Made by a program: the position numbers and the translations under genes. DNA of 64,000 nt from an uncultured Candidatus Pelagibacter sp. (lineage in GTDB: Bacteria > Pseudomonadota > Alphaproteobacteria > Pelagibacterales > Pelagibacteraceae), in NCBI GenBank assembly GCA_905618915.1, contig CAJQTI010000046.1:7441-71440 (forward strand), given 5' to 3'. Positions within the stretch are counted from its first letter, which is position 1; every line of letters starts with the position of its first letter. Under the pieces are notes generated by a model that saw only the letters and a program-made list of their open reading frames with translations, did no database searches and was not told the DNA's origin. Positions 9,460 to 18,099 of the stretch are shown here, piece by piece.

Positions 9460-10788
9460 ATGTCAACTCTACCAACTAAAGCTAAAGTAGTAATTATCGG
9501 TGGCGGAATTCATGGGTTAAGTACAGCATGGAAACTTTCTGAAACTTATAAAAATCCAGGTGATATTGTAATCTTGGAAAAAAAAGATACGGCAGCAGGT
9601 GCAAGTGGAATAGCTTGTGGCGTAATAAGAAATAATTATTTTCAACCAGCTATGAGAGAATTAATGGCTCACTCTGTTTCAGTTTGGGAAAGTGATCCTA
9701 AAGCTTGGAATTACAATGCTGTAGGATATTTACAAATCTCTCCAGAAGTCATGCACGAAGATGTTGCTACAATTTATGAACAACAAAAAGCTATTGGATA
9801 TGAATCAGAATTTATAGAAGGTGAAAAAGCATGCACTAAATATATGAAAGGTATGTTTGATGATTGGCAGGCTCAAGGAATAACATCTGTACTTCATGAA
9901 AAAAAAGGTGGGTATGCATTTAATAAAGATTCAGTAAAAGCTCTTGAAAGTAAATCTATTATAAATGGTGTTAATATAATTAAGGGTGTAACGGTTACAG
10001 GATTTAAAAAAGGAAGTACTGGTAAATCGGTTTCTGGTGTTGAAACAGATAAGGGGCTTATTGAGTGCGATCAAGTCGTTGTTGGTGCCGGTCCTTGGGT
10101 TAGAGATTTTTGGAATATGTTAGAGCTTCCGAAATTTGCTAATATTAAAGGGCAAGATGGAAAGTTTCACAAAGAAGATATGTGGAAATACTGGATGTTA
10201 CAAGAAGGTGTTATTGGTGTTGATAAAGATTTTTTAAAAATGAATGATGGTGGTCAACCTCCAGTAATGCATGTCGACTCAACTGCACCATTATATTCAG
10301 ACACAACTAAAAAATTACTTACAGATGAACTTTGGGGAATTTATTATAAGCCAGATATCGAAGGTCTTGGAGTGCAGGGTGGTACATCTCCTTACATAGT
10401 TGACAAACATTTTGATGAAATAAATATTGATCCTTACGGGCTTGACTCTCCCGAATTTCAAACAACAGAAGCTTTTAATGATATGTGGTGTTCAGCTTTG
10501 GCTCATTGTCAAAAAAGGTTTGAGGGTAAAACAAATTTATATAGAAAAGGACCGTCAGGTGGTCTTGGATGTATGACTCCAGATAACTTTCCAATCTTTG
10601 ATAGATTTTTAGAAAATGTTTATATGATAGCTGATGCTAACCATGGATATAAAATGATTGGTGTTGGTGAGCTTGTTGCAAAAGAAATTCTCGGAACTGA
10701 AAGTGAATTATTAAAACCTTTCAGATTTGATCGTTATGAAAAAGGTGAACTTCACCCTACTTCAAATAGTCCATTTCCATGGAGCTAA
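9460..10788 (+). CDS. FAD-dependent amine oxidoreductase (DAO / sarcosine oxidase / MgdA-like)
   Basis: IIGGGIHGLSTAW, GASGIACG, VGAGPW, MTPD, HGYK motifs. Confidence 0.8.
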   Translation: MSTLPTKAKVVIIGGGIHGLSTAWKLSETYKNPGDIVILEKKDTAAGASGIACGVIRNNYFQPAMRELMAHSVSVWESDPKAWNYNAVGYLQISPEVMHEDVATIYEQQKAIGYESEFIEGEKACTKYMKGMFDDWQAQGITSVLHEKKGGYAFNKDSVKALESKSIINGVNIIKGVTVTGFKKGSTGKSVSGVETDKGLIECDQVVVGAGPWVRDFWNMLELPKFANIKGQDGKFHKEDMWKYWMLQEGVIGVDKDFLKMNDGGQPPVMHVDSTAPLYSDTTKKLLTDELWGIYYKPDIEGLGVQGGTSPYIVDKHFDEINIDPYGLDSPEFQTTEAFNDMWCSALAHCQKRFEGKTNLYRKGPSGGLGCMTPDNFPIFDRFLENVYMIADANHGYKMIGVGELVAKEILGTESELLKPFRFDRYEKGELHPTSNSPFPWS

Positions 10789-10914
10789 GCTCATACCTAT
10801 AAAATTAAATTATATAAATTTTAAATCGAAAATAATTTCTTTTACACAACTTATGCACGTAATTAACACATTGTAGTTATACAAATTATATATATTTATT
10901 ATAATCAAGATGCC

Positions 10915-10943
10915 TAGACACTAATATATTTTTCAGTTACGGT
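10915..10943 (+). promoter_or_regulatory. Candidate sigma70 promoter for the first GS-like/mgs-like operon
   Basis: TAGACA-17 nt-TACGGT, upstream of RBS AGGGAGAG. Confidence 0.4.
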
Positions 10944-10976
10944 TCGATAAATAAAAATTCATTAGAGGGAGAGATA

Positions 10977-12446
10977 ATGACTGATCTAGACAAGCACGTT
11001 GCACAACCAGGGAGAGACAAGTTAGTAAAGCAAGTTAGAGCTAAAATTAATGAACTAGGTGTTGAGTATATTTATTTTCAATTTATTTCTGTAACTGGAA
11101 GAGTTGTTGGAAAAGGTATTCCTACTGATCACTGGGAAAGAACTTGTGAAAAAGGCTTTCAATTAGTTTATGGAGCAACAGCAAACTTGTTTGTTGATCG
11201 TCATGGAGATTATATTGGTTATGGACCAGAAGCAAAAGAGCTAGTTGGTATACCTGATCCTGAAACTTTTTGTCAGCTTCCTTGGGATAAAAAAGTTGCA
11301 AGAGTATTTGTTACTTGTTTTAGAAATAGAGAAGAAAGAGATAATCCAGGCGCACATTTGACTTCGGATTGTCGTGGAAATTTAAGAATACATGCTCAAG
11401 AATTTAAAAAGAAACATGGCTACCAATTAAGAGTTGGAACTGAGCCAGAAATGATGTGGTTAACTAAGAATGAAGATGGTTCACCTACAGGTAAAGGTTA
11501 TTCTAAACCTTATTGCTATCATATAGATCAATTTGAATCTCTGAGACCAGTTTTCATGCAAGTATTTAAATACGCTAGAGCTATGGGTTTTGATATGATT
11601 CAAGGTGATCATGAGGATGCACCAGGACAATTAGAATTAAACTGGATGTACGATGATGTTTTGAGAAACGCAGATAGACTTTCTACTTACAGACAAATTT
11701 GCGCCCAAGTAGCTAGAGAGTTTAATTTGATAGCTTGTTTTATGACAAAACCTTTTATGGGTGTGTCAGCAAGTGGCTGTCATACGAACATGTCTTTATG
11801 GACAGGTGGAAAAGATAAAGTTAATAAACTATCTCATAAATCTCTACCAGGAATGGATGAGGTATTTACTTACGTTGAAGGTGGAACAAATACTTTTATG
11901 CCTGACACTAAAGATATTCAATTACCAGGTAAAATTGGTTTGAAAGCTATTGGTGGTGTGATGAAACATTTGGGAGCATTAACTGCAATTGGTTCATCTA
12001 CTGTAAACTCATACAGAAGATTGTGGGACACAGGATTTTGGGCGCCTGTTTATGCTGACTGGGGATTTCAAAATAGAACTTGTGGATTAAGAGTATCTGC
12101 ACCAGGAAGATTTGAATATCGTTCAGTTGATTCAATGCACAATCCATACTTAATGGGCTCAGGATTGTTAAAATGTTTTGATGATGGAATAACAAATAAC
12201 ATTGATCCAGGAAAGCCTGAGTCTAGAAGTATGTATGAAGCTCAAGCTGCTGGAAAAATAGTTAAAAAATTACCAATGAGTCTTGGTGAGGCTTTAAATC
12301 GTTTGGCAGAAGATGAGGTTATAAAATCAGCTATGCCAGATGAAATGTATAAAGTTTTCCATTGGTATAAAAACGATGAATGGGAAAAATTTTTAGGTGC
12401 AACAACTCAATGGGATCTAGATACTTATCTGGATTGTCTACCATAA
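10977..12446 (+). CDS. Glutamine synthetase-family gamma-glutamylamide ligase (paralog 1, GlnT-like)
   Basis: GTEPE, DHEDAPGQLE, SGCHTNMS, NRT..RV, EYRSVD. The FDGSS loop reads VYGAT and the E327 flap reads GFWAP. Confidence 0.85.
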   Translation: MTDLDKHVAQPGRDKLVKQVRAKINELGVEYIYFQFISVTGRVVGKGIPTDHWERTCEKGFQLVYGATANLFVDRHGDYIGYGPEAKELVGIPDPETFCQLPWDKKVARVFVTCFRNREERDNPGAHLTSDCRGNLRIHAQEFKKKHGYQLRVGTEPEMMWLTKNEDGSPTGKGYSKPYCYHIDQFESLRPVFMQVFKYARAMGFDMIQGDHEDAPGQLELNWMYDDVLRNADRLSTYRQICAQVAREFNLIACFMTKPFMGVSASGCHTNMSLWTGGKDKVNKLSHKSLPGMDEVFTYVEGGTNTFMPDTKDIQLPGKIGLKAIGGVMKHLGALTAIGSSTVNSYRRLWDTGFWAPVYADWGFQNRTCGLRVSAPGRFEYRSVDSMHNPYLMGSGLLKCFDDGITNNIDPGKPESRSMYEAQAAGKIVKKLPMSLGEALNRLAEDEVIKSAMPDEMYKVFHWYKNDEWEKFLGATTQWDLDTYLDCLP

Positions 12447-12474
12447 TCTTAATTATCAATAAAGGGAGAGAAAT

Positions 12475-13419
12475 ATGTGTGGTATCGCAGGTTTAATTCA
12501 TAGAGGAAAATCCTCCAATGTAGGAAGTGAACTACAGGGGATGTTACAAGCATTAAAGCATAGAGGGGAAGATTCTACTGGTTATGCTTTGTATGGTGAT
12601 ACAGATGGTAAAAATTTTATCATGCGTTTTAAAGTAGGTGAAAATGTAGGTGAAGGAAGCTCTTCAATAATGGAAGATGTTTCAGTTTACGATGCAAGAA
12701 AAAAAATAGTTGATCAATACCTCTCAGAATTAGGTGCAAAAATAGTTAAAGAAGAAAGAGTTCTACCCTATTCTTTAAGATATGAACTTGCTTACGATGC
12801 AAAAGATCTATTAGAGTTTTCACAAAAAATTGAAAGCATTCCAGGTGTTGAAATTCTTTCAATGGGAAAGTCTTTAGAGGTAATTAAAGATCTAGGTAAT
12901 GCTCAAATGGTTTGTGACAGATACAGTTTAGATAAAGTAGTTGGAACTCATGCAATTGGTCATGCTAGAATGGCTACTGAATCTGGCGTTGATATTAAGT
13001 CTGCTCACCCTTTTTGGGGTTATCCTTTTAGCGATGTTTCTGTGGTTCATAACGGCCAATTAACTAATTATTGGAACAACAGAAGATTACTTGAGAATAA
13101 AGGGATGAGATTTATGTCTGAATGTGATTCAGAGTTAATCGCCGTTTATATTGCCCAAAAAATGAGAGAAGGAGCATCTCTTGAAGAGGGCATGAAGGCT
13201 TCTTTAACAGGTCTTGATGGTGTGTTTACATATTTTGTAGCAACCAAAGATTCTTTGGGAATGGCAAAAGATACTATGGCTGCAAAACCTTTGGTTCTTT
13301 ATGAATCAGACGATCTAGTAGCAATGGGTTCAGAAGAAATAGCAATCAGATCAGTTCTACCACAAGAGATAGATACATATGATCCATATGATGGAGAGGT
13401 AAAAGTATGGCAAATTTAA
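12475..13419 (+). CDS. glxB: Class II glutamine amidotransferase, MgsA/GlxB-like (paralog 1)
   Basis: N-terminal MCGI, HRG.DSTG, GHARMATES, HNGQLTN, DSE. Confidence 0.82.
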   Translation: MCGIAGLIHRGKSSNVGSELQGMLQALKHRGEDSTGYALYGDTDGKNFIMRFKVGENVGEGSSSIMEDVSVYDARKKIVDQYLSELGAKIVKEERVLPYSLRYELAYDAKDLLEFSQKIESIPGVEILSMGKSLEVIKDLGNAQMVCDRYSLDKVVGTHAIGHARMATESGVDIKSAHPFWGYPFSDVSVVHNGQLTNYWNNRRLLENKGMRFMSECDSELIAVYIAQKMREGASLEEGMKASLTGLDGVFTYFVATKDSLGMAKDTMAAKPLVLYESDDLVAMGSEEIAIRSVLPQEIDTYDPYDGEVKVWQI

Positions 13420-14261
13420 AGACTACAGAAAATAAGACAAAGTCACAATCAATGGGTATGCACTCAGAAGTTTTGACTGGAAGAACTCAACAAAAGTTTT
13501 TTAATCCTGATGAAGGTGAAAATCTTTATTATTTTGGCACTTACGATGTTGATTTTAATAAAAGAACAGAGCTAGATGTTAAAGAAATGACAGCTGCTGA
13601 TGCTAATAAAGAAATTGATAACTTAATGAGCCAAGGTTTTGGAACAATTGTAATCAAAAACCCTCAAGGAAAACACAGTTTAGGTGTTGGTATTTTAAAT
13701 AAACTAAATTTAATTTTTGAAGGAAGTTTAGGTTATTTTGGTATGGGATCTTGTGACGGACCTACTGTAAGAATTAATGGTAGAGTTGGTTGGTCTTGTG
13801 CAGAAAACTTAATGGCTGGAAAAGTTGTTATAGAAAAAAATGCTGGATCTTGTTTTGGTGCAGCTATTAGAGGTGGAGATTTAATTTGTAAAGGTAGTGT
13901 TGGTGCTAGAACTGGTATCGATATGAAAGGTGGAACTATCATTGTTGGTGGCGATGCTGGGGCTTTTACAGGTTTCATGATGCAAAGAGGAAGAATAATT
14001 ATTTTAGGTGATGTTGGAATAAACTTAGGTGACTCAATGTATGATGGTACTATTTTTATTGGTGGTAAAATTGGTTCTTTTGGCAGTGATGCAATTCCTG
14101 CTGATCTAACTGATACAGACCAAGACTGGTTAAAAAGAAAATTGAAAGTTGCAGAGATTGGTGAAAAATTTGACGTCAGTAAAATGACAAAAATAGTCGC
14201 AGGGAAAAAACTTTGGAACTATGATAATCTAGAACCTCACGAAAAGAAAGGAGCTATATAA
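13407..14261 (+). CDS. glxC: GXGXG beta-helix protein, MgsB/GlxC-like (paralog 1)
   Basis: Repeated G-x-x-G..M.GG units of the GltB C-terminal/FwdC fold, with an N-terminal extension. Confidence 0.8.
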   Translation: MANLKTTENKTKSQSMGMHSEVLTGRTQQKFFNPDEGENLYYFGTYDVDFNKRTELDVKEMTAADANKEIDNLMSQGFGTIVIKNPQGKHSLGVGILNKLNLIFEGSLGYFGMGSCDGPTVRINGRVGWSCAENLMAGKVVIEKNAGSCFGAAIRGGDLICKGSVGARTGIDMKGGTIIVGGDAGAFTGFMMQRGRIIILGDVGINLGDSMYDGTIFIGGKIGSFGSDAIPADLTDTDQDWLKRKLKVAEIGEKFDVSKMTKIVAGKKLWNYDNLEPHEKKGAI

Positions 14262-15685
14262 TGGCTAAAAAGAAAACTAAAAAAAATGAAAAAAAATTAA
14301 AAAAAGTAAGTGGCAATGTTGGTGGAAAAGCTGACGTTCACGTACCTGAAGAAGGAAAAAGAAATAAAAGTTTATTAGGTCACAATGCTATTTTTACTCC
14401 TGAAGTTATAGACGATATTCATATTAAAGCTCAACTTGGAAGATACAGAATGCGTGGAATGGCATTAATGAAAAAAATTCCTACATTTGATGATTTAGTA
14501 TTTTTACCAGGAACTCTTACAAGATTTGTAATTGAGGGTTACAGGGAAAAATGTGAAACAAAGACTATAATCGGACCAAATTGTGAAAACCCAATTGAAC
14601 TAGATATACCAGTGTATATTACAGGTATGAGTTTTGGGGCACTTTCTTATGAAGCAAAAACTGCTTTAGCAAGAGGAGCAACAATGGCTGGGAGTGCTAC
14701 ATGTTCAGGTGAGGGTGGAATGATTCCCGATGAAAGAAGATATTCTGAAAAATGGTATTACCAATGTATTCAATCAAGGTATGGTTTCAATCCTCATCAC
14801 GCTCAACTAGCTGATGCGATTGAAGTATTTATTGGACAAGGACAAAAAGTTGGAATGGGTGGACATTTAATGGGTCAAAAAGTTACTGACCAAGTTGCAG
14901 AAATGAGATCCCTACCCTCTGGTATTGATCAAAGATCCCCAGCAAGACATCCAGACTGGTTAGGTCCAGATGATTTAGCTTTAAAAGTTGAAGAATTAAG
15001 ACAACTTACAAAAAATAAAGTGCCTATTCAATTAAAGCTAGGTGCATCAAAAGTTTATGATGATGTTCGTATGGCTGCAAAATGTAATCCTGACTCAATC
15101 TTTTTAGATGGGATGGAAGGTTCAACTGGAGCTGGTCCTCATATAGCTGCTGCAAATACCGGTATTCCTGGTATTGCTGCAATCAGAGAAGCAAGAAGAG
15201 CTATTGATGATGTTGGTAAAACTGGTCAAGTAACTTTAATTTATGCTGGTGGTGTCAGAGATGGTGCTGATATGGCGAAGGCTTTAGCCCTAGGTGCTGA
15301 TGCAATAGCAATTGGGACTGGTGCTTTGATAGCCTTGAACTGTAATAAAGATATACCAGAAGCTAATTTTGAAAAAGAAATGGGTGTAAAAGCTGGTGAC
15401 TGTTATCACTGCCATACTGGTCGTTGTCCAGTTGGTGTTGCAACACAAGATCCTAAATTAAGAGCAAGATTAAATCCTGATGATGCTGCATTAAGAGTTT
15501 ATAATTACCTTCATGCAATGACATTAGAGGCTCAACTTTTAGCAAGAGCATGTGGTAAGACCAACATTCACTCTTTAGAGCCTGAAGATTTAGCCGCTCT
15601 AACAATGGAGTCATCTGCTTTAGCAAAAGTTCCATTAACGGGAACTAACTTCACTGTTGGTGTTGATAACTATCACAAAATATAA
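14261..15685 (+). CDS. glxD: FMN-binding glutamate synthase-family protein, MgsC/GlxD-like (paralog 1, retains Cys cluster)
   Basis: GMSFGALS, SGEGG, SPARHPD, DGMEGSTGA, GGVRDG, CYHCHTGRCPVG. Confidence 0.82.
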   Translation: MAKKKTKKNEKKLKKVSGNVGGKADVHVPEEGKRNKSLLGHNAIFTPEVIDDIHIKAQLGRYRMRGMALMKKIPTFDDLVFLPGTLTRFVIEGYREKCETKTIIGPNCENPIELDIPVYITGMSFGALSYEAKTALARGATMAGSATCSGEGGMIPDERRYSEKWYYQCIQSRYGFNPHHAQLADAIEVFIGQGQKVGMGGHLMGQKVTDQVAEMRSLPSGIDQRSPARHPDWLGPDDLALKVEELRQLTKNKVPIQLKLGASKVYDDVRMAAKCNPDSIFLDGMEGSTGAGPHIAAANTGIPGIAAIREARRAIDDVGKTGQVTLIYAGGVRDGADMAKALALGADAIAIGTGALIALNCNKDIPEANFEKEMGVKAGDCYHCHTGRCPVGVATQDPKLRARLNPDDAALRVYNYLHAMTLEAQLLARACGKTNIHSLEPEDLAALTMESSALAKVPLTGTNFTVGVDNYHKI

Positions 15686-15694
15686 GAGGTAAAT

Positions 15695-16102
15695 ATGGAT
15701 AAGAAAAAAACAAAAACAAAAATTAAAAAAGAAAAAAAACTTAAACTAGGTACTTTTAAAGAGACTGCTAGGGAGAAACTAATTGGTCAACATATTGGGT
15801 ATAGATATGATGTTAACTTATTGCCTGATTATAAAAAGATTACTCCATTCTTAAAAAAATATGTAGAAGCTATGGGATGGGATGATCTTAACTGGTTAGA
15901 GGATGTTCATATGGGTTATGAAGAAGATAGACCTGCTGTATTTTGTAGAAATGCAAATGGTTGGGTAACTATTCCAAAATCAATTAAATTACCAAACAAC
16001 CAACAAGATAGAGATATGATTGCAAGAGAGCTTTTAGTTAAGTTTCAAATGTCTAAAAAACACCCTCTTGTTGATTTGAAAAAAGCTTACCTTAAGTTTT
16101 AG
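15695..16102 (+). CDS. Hypothetical protein at the end of the paralog-1 operon
   Basis: RBS GAGGT; 9 nt after the glxD-like stop; motif WDDLNWLEDVHMGYEE. Confidence 0.75.
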   Translation: MDKKKTKTKIKKEKKLKLGTFKETAREKLIGQHIGYRYDVNLLPDYKKITPFLKKYVEAMGWDDLNWLEDVHMGYEEDRPAVFCRNANGWVTIPKSIKLPNNQQDRDMIARELLVKFQMSKKHPLVDLKKAYLKF

Positions 16103-16148
16103 TATCTCAATCAAAGGTTGATTATTTTTCAAAATATGAAGCTATTAC

Positions 16149-16201
16149 TTGCTTATTTAAGCAATGTATAGTTTGTCACGCCTCTAAAAATTTTATAGTC
16201 T
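16149..16201 (+). promoter_or_regulatory. Promoter of amt with an upstream palindrome
   Basis: TTGCTTA-TT-TAAGCAA (16149-16164), then TTGTCA-17 nt-TAGTCT (16173-16201). Confidence 0.6.
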
Positions 16202-16229
16202 TTCCAAAACTAATAAGGAGAGAGAGATT

Positions 16230-17630
16230 ATGGATGATCAATTAGGCGCTCTTACAGTTATATTTACAGAATTTTACTACTGGGTAACAGTAGTATTGAT
16301 GTTCCTGATTCACGTTGGGTTTTGTATGTATGAAGTTGGGGCCTCACGTTATAAACATCACCAACATACTTTAATGAAAAATACCATGGTAATACCACTA
16401 GTAACGGTAACCTGGTTTTTCTTTGGTTGGTGGATTTACTGGGCATTCCCAACAGGACCGGGAATAGCACCTTCAATAATGAATGATAGTTCAGCATTAA
16501 TTACTGACGAAAGTACTTTTAGTGCAAAATGGTATGTAGCAAATACTGAATTTATGGCTGTCAACTTAGGTGACCGTATAAGTGGAGTATTTTGGGCTGC
16601 ATTCTTACTATTTTCATGGACAGCTGCTTCAATTGTTTCTGGAGCAATCATTGAAAGAATTACAACTTTTGCATTTGGTATTTTAGCAATTGCAATTGGT
16701 TCGTGCTTCTGGGTAATTGATGCTGCTTGGGGATGGCACTTTGATGGATGGATGCTTAAAATTTTAGGATATCATGACGCTTACGCATCAGGAGTAATTC
16801 ACGCAATTGCGGGTGGGTTTGCTTTAGGTGTTCTAATCGTTTTAGGACCTAGAATTGGAAAGTTCTCATCAAGTGGTGAACCAAGAAATATTGGACCAAG
16901 AAACCCATGGCTAGTTACGGTTGGATTATTTTTAATCTATACTGGTTTCTGGGGATTTTATGCGGCATGTAATATACCGATATTTGATCTTGGACCTGAA
17001 TATGGAATGGAAGGTGTAACGTACTGGACAGCAACAAACATATATGTAACCCCAACCACACTGAGTGGAATAACCTATAACTTCCTGATGTCATTATCAG
17101 GTGGATTATTGGCTGGATACGTGGTCGCTAAAGGTGATCCATTCTGGACTTACTCAAGTGGACTAGCTGGGATCATCTGTGCATCTGCAGGTAATGATTT
17201 GTATCACCCGATACAAGCAATGCTTATTGGTGCGATCGGTGTTGTTGTAGCATACAAAATGCATTACTGGGTTGAACGTAAGTTCAAAATTGATGATGCA
17301 GTTGGTGCGGTAGCAGTACATGGTTATGCAGGTGTTGTTGGTCTTATAATTTGCGGATTTGTTTTAAATGGTTACCCAGCATCTGGATATAATGTTGGAG
17401 CTATGTGGGACGGATCAACTTATGCATCAATCAACCCACTTGGTCAATTCCTTGGAGCAATTATAATGTTCGGAGTTCTTGGAATGTTACCAGGCTACGT
17501 TATTGCTAGAATACTAAGCGCTTTTGGTAAATTAAGAATACCGCGTGAAGTTGAAATAGCAGGACTAGACTATGAAATAATGGAGGACGATAGAGAAGCT
17601 GAAAAAGCGGTCGCCTCTTCAACTAGGTAA
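16230..17630 (+). CDS. amt: Amt-family ammonium/methylammonium channel (divergent)
   Basis: Multiple TM helices; GFCMYEVG, SIVSGAIIER, twin His (GVIHAIAG and DDAVGAVAVHG), LGPRIGKF. Confidence 0.9.
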   Translation: MDDQLGALTVIFTEFYYWVTVVLMFLIHVGFCMYEVGASRYKHHQHTLMKNTMVIPLVTVTWFFFGWWIYWAFPTGPGIAPSIMNDSSALITDESTFSAKWYVANTEFMAVNLGDRISGVFWAAFLLFSWTAASIVSGAIIERITTFAFGILAIAIGSCFWVIDAAWGWHFDGWMLKILGYHDAYASGVIHAIAGGFALGVLIVLGPRIGKFSSSGEPRNIGPRNPWLVTVGLFLIYTGFWGFYAACNIPIFDLGPEYGMEGVTYWTATNIYVTPTTLSGITYNFLMSLSGGLLAGYVVAKGDPFWTYSSGLAGIICASAGNDLYHPIQAMLIGAIGVVVAYKMHYWVERKFKIDDAVGAVAVHGYAGVVGLIICGFVLNGYPASGYNVGAMWDGSTYASINPLGQFLGAIIMFGVLGMLPGYVIARILSAFGKLRIPREVEIAGLDYEIMEDDREAEKAVASSTR

Positions 17631-17642
17631 AGGAGAAAAAAT

Positions 17643-17867
17643 ATGGCTACAGTTACAAACTGGATAGATCATTTAAGTGCAAAAGAGGTTGTCGGAGCAG
17701 TTTATCCGGGGGCTGGATCCACTGAAACTTTACTAGTTTTTCTTGGTGTAGTTTTTTGGATTGGCTGGCATGTTTTAACTGCTAGATCTGAGAGTGAAAA
17801 ACTTTCAAGATTAGCAAGAAAAAGACATGGTGCTAATGATCATAAGAGCAATATTACCGACTGGTAA
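17643..17867 (+). CDS. Small single-TM protein cotranscribed with amt
   Basis: Strong RBS AAGGAG; TM segment LLVFLGVVFWIGWHVL; lies before the terminator. Confidence 0.8.
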   Translation: MATVTNWIDHLSAKEVVGAVYPGAGSTETLLVFLGVVFWIGWHVLTARSESEKLSRLARKRHGANDHKSNITDW

Positions 17868-17883
17868 TATCGACTAAAAATTT

Positions 17884-17916
17884 GGGCGCTACTTAATTGT
17901 GGCGCCCTTTTTTTTT
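17884..17916 (+). terminator. Intrinsic terminator after the amt operon
   Basis: GGGCGCTAC-TTAATT-GTGGCGCCC followed by T9. Confidence 0.88.
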
Positions 17917-17932
17917 ATAAAATTATACAATC

Positions 17933-18085
17933 ATGGATAGAAATAATAACGAAGATCACAGACCAAGTAAGATGAGAGGTGTCGTTTTTCCAAAAGCAAA
18001 GTATGGAGTGATAGCGGCTATTATCATCATTGTCGTAGGAAATATTTTCTACTATAAAGATTTTCTACTGTCTTTAATAAAATAA
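17933..18085 (+). CDS. 50-aa small membrane protein (below the ORF-track cutoff)
   Basis: MDRNNNEDHRPSKMRGVVFPKAKYGVIAAIIIIVVGNIFYYKDFLLSLIK; fills the gap before mgsA. Confidence 0.6.
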   Translation: MDRNNNEDHRPSKMRGVVFPKAKYGVIAAIIIIVVGNIFYYKDFLLSLIK

Positions 18086-18099
18086 ACTTAAAAAAATTT

